This document shows, one piece after another, positions 1-9,162 of a DNA stretch of 24,293 nt. Numbering within the stretch: the stretch's first letter is position 1; every line of letters starts with the position of its first letter. A program made the position numbers and the translations under genes. The DNA lies in NCBI GenBank assembly GCA_031372065.1, contig JANMKN010000369.1, positions 1 to 24,293 of the forward strand, read 5' to 3'. The stretch is from Abditibacteriaceae bacterium (GTDB taxonomy: Bacteria; Armatimonadota; Abditibacteriia; Abditibacteriales; Abditibacteriaceae). The notes under the pieces are model-generated. The model saw nothing but the letters and a program-made list of their open reading frames with translations, searched no databases and was not told the DNA's origin.

Positions 1-281
1 CACTGCGGAAAGTGCTTTTCCCACAAGGAAAGCACTTTCTCCTGTGAGAAAAGCCAATTTTCCGCTTCTCCAGCCACTTTTCGACCCGAAAAAGCCAATT
101 TTCGCCGTTAATTCGACCTTCTTTATAGGGAAAAGGCCAAAATGAGGCTTATTTTTCTTTTTAGAATCTGTTTGAAAAGTCTTTTTCGCTCAATTCTCAT
201 AATTTTAGAATTGCCCCGTTCTTCGCTGGCGCGTTAGACTGTGAGGCCGACTGAAAGTCGGAATAAGTTGGTCTTTGAACT

Positions 282-1421
282 ATGTCAACCGCCGCTCTGG
301 AAGCACCTGAAAAACCAAGCAACGCGCGCCTTGTGAAAGAAAGCGTCACGCACTTGCGGCCTTATGTGCCCGGCAAGCCGATTGACGAAGTGAAGCGCGA
401 ACTGGGTTTGCCCGAAGATTTCATCATTTACAAGCTCGCCTCCAACGAAAATGTGCTTGGCCCCTCGCCCAAAGCCGTCGAAGCGATGGCGCGCGTCGCG
501 CCCGATGTGTGGCTGTATCCCGACGACACTTGTTTCGATTTAAAAGGCGAACTGGCCCGTTTTTGGGACGTTTCGCCCGATCATTTCATCATCGGCAACG
601 GCAGCGATGAGATCATTCATTTTTTAGCTCTCGCGCTCTTGGACGAAGGCGACGAAGTGATTTTCGCCGACCCCAGTTTCGTGCAATACAAAAGCGCCGC
701 GATGTCCGCCGATTGCGCGTATCATGCGATTCCCTTAACCGACGATTACCGCCACGATTTGCCCGCCATGAAAGCGGCGGTCAACGAAAATACCAAGCTG
801 ATTTTCATCGCTAATCCGAATAACCCAACCGGCACCGTTGTAACAAAAACCGAACTCGACGAACTGCTTGATGGCCTGCCGCCTCACGTTGTGGTGGTGC
901 TGGATCAGGCGTATTATGAATACGTCGAAAACGCCGATTCGCCGGACGGTTTGGATTATATTCACGATCACAATGTCGTGGTTTTACACACCTTTTCCAA
1001 AGCCTATGCGCTGGCCGGTTTGCGCGTTGGTTATGGCATCGCGCGGCCCGAACTGATTGGTTATTTACAGCAAGTGCGTGGCCCGTTCAACGTCAATATG
1101 CTGGCGCAATCCGCCGCCATTGCCAGTCTGCGCGACGAAGAGCAAGTGCCCAAAGCGCTGAAAAATAACAACAACGGCAAAGCGCAACTTTACGCGGCTT
1201 TCGAGCAAATGAACTTGCCGTATATTCCCACCGAAGCGAATTTTATTTTGGTAGATTGCGGGCGCGACACCAAAGCCCTGATGACCGAACTTTTGCGCCA
1301 CGGCGTTATCGTGCGCACATTCGCGCCGCACGCGCTGCCGACATGGATTCGCGTGACCATCGGCACCCACGAGATGAACGAGCGATTTATTTCGGCGCTA
1401 CGCGCTGTTTTATTTCAATAG
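282..1421 (+). CDS. hisC: Histidinol-phosphate/aromatic aminotransferase (PLP-dependent, class II)
   Basis: 379 aa with motifs YVPGKP, KLASNEN, GNGSDE, NPNNPTG, DQAY and TFSKAYALAGLRVG (PLP lysine); sits next to aroF and tyrA. Confidence 0.95.
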   Translation: MSTAALEAPEKPSNARLVKESVTHLRPYVPGKPIDEVKRELGLPEDFIIYKLASNENVLGPSPKAVEAMARVAPDVWLYPDDTCFDLKGELARFWDVSPDHFIIGNGSDEIIHFLALALLDEGDEVIFADPSFVQYKSAAMSADCAYHAIPLTDDYRHDLPAMKAAVNENTKLIFIANPNNPTGTVVTKTELDELLDGLPPHVVVVLDQAYYEYVENADSPDGLDYIHDHNVVVLHTFSKAYALAGLRVGYGIARPELIGYLQQVRGPFNVNMLAQSAAIASLRDEEQVPKALKNNNNGKAQLYAAFEQMNLPYIPTEANFILVDCGRDTKALMTELLRHGVIVRTFAPHALPTWIRVTIGTHEMNERFISALRAVLFQ

Positions 1422-1516
1422 AACGCGAATTTCGCAAATTTTCGGAAATTTACGCTCATCTTTTTGAAAGAAAATTTGCGTAAATTCGCGAGTATTTGCG
1501 AAATTCGCGTTCTATT
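1417..1516. repeat. 100-bp intergenic palindrome (REPIN/MITE-like)
   Basis: Perfect 23-bp inverted repeat aatagaacgcgaatttcgcaaat (1417-1439) / atttgcgaaattcgcgttctatt (1494-1516), plus an inner 9-bp stem aatttacgc (1447-1455) / gcgtaaatt (1478-1486). Confidence 0.85.
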
Positions 1517-1535
1517 TGGTTTTGAAGAGGATTTT

Positions 1536-2576
1536 GTGATTATCATTTTGAAACACGGTTCGGGCGAAGAAGCCATCGCTGCCGTGTCGGAAAAACTGGA
1601 AGAACACGGCTATATGCCGAGCGTGACACGCGGCACCGAGGAAACCATTATCGCGGCAGTCGGCTCGCCGGATATGACTGAAAAAGCCATTGTCGCGCCG
1701 CAATTGCAAGCGTTGGACGCGGTTGATCGCGTTTTGCTCGTTTCCAAGCCGTATAAATTGGTGTCGCGCGATGGGCATCCACATGATACGGTTTTCGACG
1801 TGCGCGGGGCACCCTCTGGGTCGGTCGAAATCGGCGGCTCGAATATCGTGATGATGGCCGGGCCGTGCAGCGTGGAAAAAGGTGATTCTTTGCTGACCAC
1901 CGCGCGCGCCGTGAAAACAGCGGGCGCGCAAATTTTGCGCGGCGGCGCCTACAAGCCGCGCACCAGTCCGTATGATTTTCAGGGACTGGGCGAAGAAGGC
2001 TTGCAAATGCTGGCAAATGCGCGCGAAGAAACCGGCTTGCCGATTATCACCGAAGTGATGACGCCACATTTGGTGGAAAAAGTCTGCGAATACGCCGACA
2101 TTTTGCAAATCGGAGCGCGCAATATGCAGAACTACGATTTGCTGCGCGAAGCCGGACGCGCCCGCACGCCGGTTATGCTAAAGCGCGGCCTTTCGGCGAC
2201 AATTGAAGAGTGGCTCAAAGCGGCGGAATACATTTTGGCGGGCGGCAATTTGAACGTCATGTTTTGCGAACGCGGCATTCGCACCTACGAACCCAGCACG
2301 CGTTTCACCTTAGATTTATCGGCGATTCCCGCCATTAAACGCGCCTCGCATTTGCCGATTATCATTGACCCTTCGCAAGGCACCGGACGCCGCGATATGG
2401 TGGCCGCCATGAGCAAAGCCGCCGTCGCCGCCGGCGCCGATGGTTTAATTATCGAAGTGCATCCGCATCCCGAAGACGCTCTGAGCGACGGCCAGCAAAC
2501 ACTCGACACCGCGCAATTCGCCAAATTAATGGAAGAATTAAAGCCCATCGCAACGGCGGTAGGAAGAACAATCTAA
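1536..2576 (+). CDS. aroF: 3-deoxy-7-phosphoheptulonate (DAHP) synthase, type I-beta, with N-terminal regulatory domain
   Basis: Motifs [44 protein letters not shown] and DPSQ. Start placed at GTG 1536 behind GAGGA (1527-1531); the ORF-track extension runs through the palindrome. Confidence 0.95.
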   Translation: MIIILKHGSGEEAIAAVSEKLEEHGYMPSVTRGTEETIIAAVGSPDMTEKAIVAPQLQALDAVDRVLLVSKPYKLVSRDGHPHDTVFDVRGAPSGSVEIGGSNIVMMAGPCSVEKGDSLLTTARAVKTAGAQILRGGAYKPRTSPYDFQGLGEEGLQMLANAREETGLPIITEVMTPHLVEKVCEYADILQIGARNMQNYDLLREAGRARTPVMLKRGLSATIEEWLKAAEYILAGGNLNVMFCERGIRTYEPSTRFTLDLSAIPAIKRASHLPIIIDPSQGTGRRDMVAAMSKAAVAAGADGLIIEVHPHPEDALSDGQQTLDTAQFAKLMEELKPIATAVGRTI

Positions 2577-2580
2577 AGAA

Positions 2581-2640
2581 GCTGGAGGTTAAGGTTAGGC
2601 ATGGAGGCTTGCTTCCATGCCCTAATTTCCAGCCTCCAGC
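2581..2640. repeat. 60-bp imperfect hairpin between aroF and tyrA
   Basis: gctggagg (2581-2588) pairs with cctccagc (2633-2640); inner ttaggcatgga pairs with tccatgccctaa. Confidence 0.7.
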
Positions 2641-2648
2641 CCCTAAAA

Positions 2649-3521
2649 ATGCTTTTTAACTCTGTTTGCATCGCCGGAGTTGGTTTAATTGGCGGCAGTT
2701 TTGGCCTTGCCTTGCGCGAACGCGGTTTGGCCGAACGCGTTGTTGGTTTGGCGCGCCGCGAAGAAACCTGCCAAGCCGCGCTGCAAATGGGTGCAGTGGA
2801 TGCCGCCACCACAAACTTAGCCGAAGCGGTGCGCGGCGCGGAATTGATTCTCCTCGCGCCGCCCGTCGGACAAATCAAGCCACTCTGCGAACAATTAGCG
2901 CCCTTGGTTCACGGCGGCGTGATTATCACCGATGCCGGTTCCACTAAAGCGGGCGTGGTGCGCGATGGCGAAGCCCTACTCGGCCAGAAAGCGATGTTCG
3001 TCGGCGGTCATCCGATGGCAGGCAGCGAACGCACTGGCGTCGAGCAGGCCAAAGCCAACCTTTTTGAAAAAGCCGTGTGGATTCTTACGCCAACTTCCGA
3101 CACGCCTGAAGTCGCCGTTAATCGCATGGTGGAACTCATCGAAGCCCTTGGCGCGGTGCCTTTGATTATTGATGCGGCGTTGCATGATAAATTGCTCGCC
3201 ATCACCAGCCACTTGCCGCATATTACCGCTGCCGCGCTTGTGCATATTTTCATGCAAGCGCAAAACGAAACCGATTTCGCCAGTCAATTAATTGCCGGTG
3301 GTTGGCGCGATTCGACGCGCGTGGCCGCCGGCAGCGCCGAAATGTGGCGGGACATTTGTTTAGCCAACGCGCCCGCCGTGGCACGCAGCGTCGAAGACAT
3401 GATCGAACAACTCGAAGAATTCCGCGATATGCTGCGCGACAGCGACGGCGCACGCCTCAACCAATGGTTTGAATCCGCCGCCCAAGTGAGAAACAAGCAC
3501 GGCTATTTTCCGAGGAGCTGA
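2649..3521 (+). CDS. tyrA: Prephenate/arogenate dehydrogenase
   Basis: Rossmann GVGLIGGS, DAGSTK, GGHPMAGSE, HDKLLAITSHLPH and GWRDSTRVA. Start placed at ATG 2649 after the hairpin. Confidence 0.93.
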   Translation: MLFNSVCIAGVGLIGGSFGLALRERGLAERVVGLARREETCQAALQMGAVDAATTNLAEAVRGAELILLAPPVGQIKPLCEQLAPLVHGGVIITDAGSTKAGVVRDGEALLGQKAMFVGGHPMAGSERTGVEQAKANLFEKAVWILTPTSDTPEVAVNRMVELIEALGAVPLIIDAALHDKLLAITSHLPHITAAALVHIFMQAQNETDFASQLIAGGWRDSTRVAAGSAEMWRDICLANAPAVARSVEDMIEQLEEFRDMLRDSDGARLNQWFESAAQVRNKHGYFPRS

Positions 3522-3672
3522 ACATAGTGCCCAAAACTCGCCGACTCAAAAACAGAAAAAGTGGCCTGCCCGCTTTGCAAGGCGGATGCGGGGAGCGGCG
3601 CCCTATGAATGCCGCAAACACCGGAACGGAATCAACTTCGCAAGAGTCTAATGATGAACTACAAAAGTATTT

Positions 3673-5604
3673 ATGACACAACCAAAACCACTGGTTGAAG
3701 ACATTCAGAACTTTGCCCAGAACATCGTGGATACAGTGCGCGAGCCGCTGTTGATTCTTGACGCCGCGTTGCGGGTGCGTTCGGCCAACCGCGCTTTTTA
3801 TCAGGCTTTTCAAGTCTCTCCCCAAGAAACCGAAGACCGCCTGATTTACGAGTTGGGCAATGGCCAATGGGATATTCCCGCTTTAAGAACACTGCTCGAA
3901 GACATCGTGCCACAAAGTTCAGTTTTCAACGATTTTGAGCTTGAACACGATTTCCCGACCATTGGCCGCAAGGTAATGCTGCTCAACGCGCGTAAGCTGC
4001 GTCCGGGTGATCATACCGAGTTTTTGGTTTTGGCGATGGAAGATGTAACCGAGCGGCGCCGTGCTGAACGTCTGCTTGCCGAGATTGAAACCTACGCTCA
4101 AAACATCGTGGGCACCGTGCGCGAGCCGCTGCTAATGCTCGATAGCACCTTGCGCGTGCGCAGTGCCAACCGCGCTTTTTATCAAACTTTTCAGGTTTCA
4201 CCCGAAGAAACGGAAAATCGCCTCATCTATGAGTTGGGCAACGGCCAATGGGATATTCCCGCGTTGCGCACGCTACTCGAAGAAATTATCCCTAAGAGTT
4301 CAGTTTTCAATGATTTTGAACTGGAACACACATTTCCAGCCATCGGGCGGCGCGTGATGCTGCTCAATGCGCGCCAACTGCGGGCCGGCATTGACACGGA
4401 ATTGTTGGTTTTGGCGATGGAAGATGTAACCGAGCGGCGGCGTGCCGAGCGACTTCTCGCGGAAATCGAAACCTACGCTCAAAACATTGTGGACACAGTT
4501 CGGGAACCGTTGTTGATGCTTGACGCCGCGTTGCGCGTGCGCTCGGCCAATCGTGCTTTCTACCAAACTTTTCAGGTTTCACCCGAAGAAACGGAAAATC
4601 GCCTCATCTATGAGTTGGGCAATGGCCAGTGGGATATTCCCGCGCTTCGAACACTGCTTGAAGACATCATTCCGCAAAGCGCAGTCTTCAACGACTATGA
4701 ACTGGAACACGACTTTCCCTCTATCGGGCGCCGTGTAATGTTGCTCAATGCGCGCGAATTGCGCGCCGGCAATCATACGGAATTGCTGGTGCTGGCTTTG
4801 GAAGATGTCACCGAGCGGCGACGCGTGCGTGACATGGAACTTCATTTCAACGCCGAGTTGCAAGAAAGCTATCGCCGCTTGCAAGAATTGGAAAAGCTGC
4901 GCGACGACCTGACCCACATGATTATCCACGACTTGCGGACGCCGCTGACCTCGGTCATTGCCGGAATGCAGACGTTGGAAGTGGTCGGCGAATTGAACGA
5001 GGATCAGCAGGAAATGATGGGCATCGCCATCATCGGCGGGGAAATTTTGCTGGGAATGATTAACGACTTGCTGGACGTGGAGAAACTGGAGTCCGGCTCG
5101 ATGCAGCTTGATTATGCTTTGCTGTCCGCAGAAGAGCTTATCGCCAGCGCCGTTGGCCAAGTTGCACAGCTTGCAGAAAGCGAACGGTTGACGATTGTTT
5201 GTCAGCTTGCCGCTGAGGTGCCGCCGCTGTGGGGCGATGAAAACAAGCTGCGCCGCACTTTGGTTAACCTGATAGGAAATGCCATCAAATTCACGCCTTC
5301 GGGCGGAACGGTGACGGTCGCGGCGCGCCAAGGCACAGAAGAGCAAACAGTTGTGTTTTCCGTCAGCGATACGGGCGAGGGCATCCCGCCCGAAGCGTTC
5401 GGGCGTATTTTCGAGAAATTCGGCCAGGTGGAATCGCGTCAGGGCGGGCGCATCATGAGCACGGGCCTGGGCCTGACTTTTTGCAAACTCACCGTCGAAG
5501 CGCATGGCAGTCACATTGCGGTTGAAAGCGAGCCTAGCCAGGGCAGCACATTTTGCTTCGCCATTCCGCTTGTCGCGCCCCCGGCAGAGGCGGCAAAGGC
5601 TTAA
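3673..5604 (+). CDS. Cytoplasmic sensor histidine kinase with three tandem PAS domains
   Basis: Three copies of a PAS unit (NIVDTVREPLL..LD..LRVRSANRAFYQ.FQ...GNGQWDIP...EDVTERRR), H-box HDLRTPLT, N-box NLIGNAIKFT, G1 DTGEGI and G2 TGLGL. Confidence 0.93.
   Translation: MTQPKPLVEDIQNFAQNIVDTVREPLLILDAALRVRSANRAFYQAFQVSPQETEDRLIYELGNGQWDIPALRTLLEDIVPQSSVFNDFELEHDFPTIGRKVMLLNARKLRPGDHTEFLVLAMEDVTERRRAERLLAEIETYAQNIVGTVREPLLMLDSTLRVRSANRAFYQTFQVSPEETENRLIYELGNGQWDIPALRTLLEEIIPKSSVFNDFELEHTFPAIGRRVMLLNARQLRAGIDTELLVLAMEDVTERRRAERLLAEIETYAQNIVDTVREPLLMLDAALRVRSANRAFYQTFQVSPEETENRLIYELGNGQWDIPALRTLLEDIIPQSAVFNDYELEHDFPSIGRRVMLLNARELRAGNHTELLVLALEDVTERRRVRDMELHFNAELQESYRRLQELEKLRDDLTHMIIHDLRTPLTSVIAGMQTLEVVGELNEDQQEMMGIAIIGGEILLGMINDLLDVEKLESGSMQLDYALLSAEELIASAVGQVAQLAESERLTIVCQLAAEVPPLWGDENKLRRTLVNLIGNAIKFTPSGGTVTVAARQGTEEQTVVFSVSDTGEGIPPEAFGRIFEKFGQVESRQGGRIMSTGLGLTFCKLTVEAHGSHIAVESEPSQGSTFCFAIPLVAPPAEAAKA
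3712..4824 (+). repeat. Three intragenic 381-bp (127-aa) tandem PAS repeats
   Basis: Units start at 3712, 4093 and 4474 (exact 381-bp spacing) and are nearly identical in protein sequence. Confidence 0.95.
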
Positions 5605-5653
5605 AAGCAACCCGCGAAACTCTTCTTCCCACTGCTGTCAGGCGCGTTCTTCG

Positions 5654-7000
5654 TTAATCCGCAATTTTGACGCGATTATCGTAGCAGCGCGGAAGAACAA
5701 CACGAAATGTGGAGCCTTGGCCGGGACTGGTTTCCAGTTCCAAACTGGCATTCAACAATTCGCACAACCGCTTCACGATGGAAAGACCGACCCCTTCGCC
5801 CGGCTGTTGACTGGCTGGGAGAGTTTGCGATTGAGCAGGCAAGGTCGGAGCATTGGCTAAGGAGCCTGCACTCCCGACTTGCTGCTGAGTTTCATTCACC
5901 TCATGTGAAGTTTGAGTCGCTTCGTAAAGTTGGTGTGCTAAGGGAGCGCCGGGGCCGGCATTCAGGCCGGGGCCGGTATCTTGAATACAAAACATCCAAC
6001 TTTTGTTATCGTGGTTTTCGAGGGCGCTCCAGATAACCGTTACCCCGCCGCGCTGCGTGTATTTGAGAGCGTTGAGCAACAAGTTCTGCAAAATACGGAG
6101 GACTTTGGCGCGGTCGCCTTCGACGGGCAGCGACTCCGGCCCTTCCATCTTCAAAAACAAGCCGCGCTGCGCAGCCAGAGGTAGTGAAGTCTTGCAAAAA
6201 TCCGCCAGCAAAACAGCAGCGTCGAAGGGCGCGACGTGGCGCTGATCTTGTCCAGCTTCCAGCCGGGCCAGGCTCATCAAGTCGTTGAGCATTTCGTGCA
6301 ATGAGGACACGCCTCTTTGCAACATATCGAAAAACTGAAGACGCATCCGATCTGGCACCTCGTCGCGTTGCAGCATATCAGCCGCGCCTTTCACGACTGT
6401 CACGCTGCCGCGCAAATCGTGGGCGGCCTCGCGCCATGCTTCGGCGCGCGCTTGATCGAGTTCGTTCAAGGTGGACAGGGCTTGCTCCAAATCACGAACG
6501 TGGCCAGCCGCCTCGGCCTGATGCAAACGCCAGTATTGCGTGGTGCTTTCACTGATGCCATCCCAGCACAAGTGCGCCAACGCCCGCCGTGCCGTTGGCA
6601 TGACTTGCGGTTCCAAGTTGGGGTGAGCAACCGCATAGTCTTCCAATTCCTCCATCAAACACATTTGCAAGTAACCCCATTCACGGGTCAACTCGCCCAA
6701 CTGGTAACCTTGCTGCCATCGCAGCAAGCCGTGTTCTGTGACCTGTTCTTTTTCGTCCTGCTGATCCTGAACACTTTCCGTATCCGGCCATGCTCGCAGT
6801 TTGCGGGCGAAGGCATCTAAAACGCCGGGAATGTGATCATTAAATTGGAGGCGTGTCAGCGAGGAAGCGATGGTCAATCCGGAGGCATTCTCGGTTTCCG
6901 AGCGCCAGCGTTGCAAAAGAGCGTCGCGCTGCTCGCCAAAGCGAAAAGCCAGCGCGTTCAACTGCTCCCGTGTTTTTTCCATCGTGTTCATGTCGTTCAT
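5654..7000 (-). CDS. Sensor histidine kinase with an N-terminal helical (RsbRD_N-like) domain
   Basis: H-box HDLRGSVT, N-box NLLLNALKYT, G1 DTGPG and G2 GEGVGL. The N-terminal 'EHGLLRWQQGY' resembles RsbRD_N-type domains. Confidence 0.88.
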   Translation of the reverse strand: MNDMNTMEKTREQLNALAFRFGEQRDALLQRWRSETENASGLTIASSLTRLQFNDHIPGVLDAFARKLRAWPDTESVQDQQDEKEQVTEHGLLRWQQGYQLGELTREWGYLQMCLMEELEDYAVAHPNLEPQVMPTARRALAHLCWDGISESTTQYWRLHQAEAAGHVRDLEQALSTLNELDQARAEAWREAAHDLRGSVTVVKGAADMLQRDEVPDRMRLQFFDMLQRGVSSLHEMLNDLMSLARLEAGQDQRHVAPFDAAVLLADFCKTSLPLAAQRGLFLKMEGPESLPVEGDRAKVLRILQNLLLNALKYTQRGGVTVIWSALENHDNKSWMFCIQDTGPGLNAGPGAPLAHQLYEATQTSHEVNETQQQVGSAGSLANAPTLPAQSQTLPASQQPGEGVGLSIVKRLCELLNASLELETSPGQGSTFRVVLPRCYDNRVKIAD

Positions 7001-7053
7001 CGCCGATAGTATCCCATCTTTATCAGAACCTACGCAGCCCAGCCTATAAAACG

Positions 7054-7085
7054 AAAGCGCCGCTCCTGTTTGGGACGGCGCTTTT
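7054..7085 (-). terminator. Rho-independent terminator (possibly bidirectional) closing the prkA-spoVR operon
   Basis: Stem aaagcgccg / cggcgcttt with T-rich tails on both strands, 15 bp past the stop of 7100..7606. Confidence 0.7.
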
Positions 7086-7099
7086 GACGGATAGGGCGC

Positions 7100-7606
7100 T
7101 TACTTCTTGAAGTTGCCGGTCAGCACCTCGGCGGCGTCATCGGCGAGGCGCGTGAGCGTTTCATCGGTGACGCAAAACGGCACGGCTTCGCAACCCGATT
7201 GTTTGGCGTGGGGCTGAAAACGGCGCAGAGTGATTTCGCTGCCGCTGACTTTGGCCTCGAAATACTCGCTGCGCGGGGCGCGCATGGTTTCGGGCGTCGA
7301 GCGCACAATGGCGGCGCCTTTGGCATCGCATTCGACAAATTGCAAGGCTTCGGACAGATACGTCGCTTTTTCGGCGAAGCGGCGCGCAACGGTTTCCGGG
7401 TCGCGCTTTGCGCCTTCGGCATGAACGACAACTTTTTCGGCCAGATGACTCAAGCGGTCATGATCGCACACGCGCACTTGCGCCGAAACTCTGCGCTCTT
7501 TGCGCCCGCTTTTGATGGTTTCCTGCGCTTCGGCATTTATCGGAAAAGGCCGTTTCATAGCCGCTTCTTTTTGCACCGCCTGCACTAATTTAATTCCGAG
7601 TGACAT
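7100..7606 (-). CDS. Hypothetical protein, last gene of the prkA-spoVR operon
   Basis: 168-aa ORF with RBS AGGAG upstream, co-oriented with spoVR and followed by a terminator. Confidence 0.8.
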   Translation of the reverse strand: MSLGIKLVQAVQKEAAMKRPFPINAEAQETIKSGRKERRVSAQVRVCDHDRLSHLAEKVVVHAEGAKRDPETVARRFAEKATYLSEALQFVECDAKGAAIVRSTPETMRAPRSEYFEAKVSGSEITLRRFQPHAKQSGCEAVPFCVTDETLTRLADDAAEVLTGNFKK

Positions 7607-7624
7607 ATCTCCTCCTACGGAGGA

Positions 7625-7685
7625 AGTTAAGAATTATGAGTTAAGAATTTTGAGTTAAATCCCTCTCAACTCAAAACTCTTAACT
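7625..7685. repeat. Heptamer-based (agttaag/aattttg) tandem and inverted repeat at the spoVR 3' end
   Basis: agttaag-aattatg-agttaag-aattttg-agttaaa followed by the inverted aactcaaaactcttaact; arms 7639-7656 and 7668-7685 differ at 1 of 18 positions. Confidence 0.8.
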
Positions 7686-9162
7686 ATCCTATAATCGTTT
7701 GCTCGTGGTCTTTGCCGTCGAAACTTAAAATCGTTTTCAATTTGCTTTCGACGGTTTCGAGATGCACAGGACGTTTCCAGATGGCGAACAGATTCTTCAG
7801 CGTGTCCTGTGCTTCGTCGGTTTTGAGTTCGGTGCCTTCAAAGCGATGCTGCAAATACAACTCGCCCCGGTTTTGGTAATTGCCATCCGTCACATAAATG
7901 AAAGGCCGTCCGTGGTTGGTGAGGCCAAAAAGCAGCTTTTGTTTGATGGCTGCAAAGTCGCGCGTGGCGATTTCATAGGCTTCAATGTCATCGTTCCACT
8001 CGTAGCCAAAGAGCATATGCTCGGCGACAAATTCGGGCGTCAGAAATTCGTCAATGAACGACACGTCATTGAAATGCTGCCACACTTCGAAGATTTTTTC
8101 TTTGCCGAGATTCGCGCCAGTGTCCCAGTGGCGCTTCTTTTTCATGTCGTAGCATTCCTCCCATTCGCGCCCGAATTGACCTTTGTTCCAGCGACGTTCG
8201 ATATCGTTGAGCAAAGCCAAACCAAGGCGATAGGGGTTGATGCGTCCGGGATGCGCGGCGACGGTGCCGGAATGGTGTTCGGCGTAATCTATGGCTTCGT
8301 CGGGCTGCAAAATCTTTTGCGTCATCAGGCGTGTGTGCGCCCAGCACGCGCAACCTTCGTTCATGATTTTGGTCTGGCCCTGCGGCGCGAAATAATAGGC
8401 TTCTTCGCGCACGATGTTTAAAATATCGCGCTGCCACGCTTGCAACGGCGCGTAGTGCATGAGAAATTCCAGCACATCTTTTTCGGGCCGCGCCGGGAAA
8501 TGCTGTTCGGCTTTGGCGTCGGCAATTTTCTTTTGGCGTTGCTCCTCCAAAAACGCCGGAGGGTTGATGTAATCTTCCATATAACCCGACGCTTTGAGCT
8601 TATGTAGAGGCGCGTTTTCGTCTTCGCTTGGCGCCGCACTTTGCTCTTCGCGGCGCTTGATAAACGGCGCGTGCATATCAATTAAATCTTCGATGGTCAG
8701 GCAGCAGTCAATGAAATTTTCCACTTCCTCGACGCCGAACGTTGCCATGTATTGCCGCACGCGCTGGCCGTGATTCGCCATTGCATCGAGCATTTTGCGA
8801 TTCGTCGGCGCGAACATATAATTGTGCTTGAAAAAATGCGCGTGCCCGCAAACGTGCGCGATAACCAGTTTTTGGTCAACCAACGGATTGGAATCCAAAA
8901 GATAGGCATAAACCGGATTGGTGTTGATGACCATCTCGTAAATTTTCGAGAGGCCAAAACCATACGATTTCGAGAGGCGCTCGTATTCCATCCCGAAACT
9001 CCAATGCGGATAGCGCGTGGGAAAGCCGCCATAAGCCGCGACTTCGCTCATCGTCAGGTAATCCACCATTTCGTAGAACACCGGATAAAAGTCGAAGCCC
9101 ATCGCCCGCGCGTGATCTTCAATCTCGCGCTGCACTGACAAGAGTTCGGTTTTGGTAATCAT
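7684..9162 (-). CDS. spoVR: SpoVR/YcgB family protein
   Basis: Motifs GFPTRYPHWSFG, KIYEMVIN, AHVCGHAHFFK, PQGQTKIMNEG and NPYRLG; canonical context downstream of prkA and yeaH. Confidence 0.95.
   Translation of the reverse strand: MITKTELLSVQREIEDHARAMGFDFYPVFYEMVDYLTMSEVAAYGGFPTRYPHWSFGMEYERLSKSYGFGLSKIYEMVINTNPVYAYLLDSNPLVDQKLVIAHVCGHAHFFKHNYMFAPTNRKMLDAMANHGQRVRQYMATFGVEEVENFIDCCLTIEDLIDMHAPFIKRREEQSAAPSEDENAPLHKLKASGYMEDYINPPAFLEEQRQKKIADAKAEQHFPARPEKDVLEFLMHYAPLQAWQRDILNIVREEAYYFAPQGQTKIMNEGCACWAHTRLMTQKILQPDEAIDYAEHHSGTVAAHPGRINPYRLGLALLNDIERRWNKGQFGREWEECYDMKKKRHWDTGANLGKEKIFEVWQHFNDVSFIDEFLTPEFVAEHMLFGYEWNDDIEAYEIATRDFAAIKQKLLFGLTNHGRPFIYVTDGNYQNRGELYLQHRFEGTELKTDEAQDTLKNLFAIWKRPVHLETVESKLKTILSFDGKDHEQTIIG

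Noticed and set aside
4579..5610. 343-aa minus-strand ORF
   Set aside because: Antisense shadow of the PAS histidine kinase with no recognisable motifs.
3522..7053. Histidine kinase pair as a bounded mobile island
   Set aside because: No flanking direct repeats, tyrA-end duplication or mobility gene was found.
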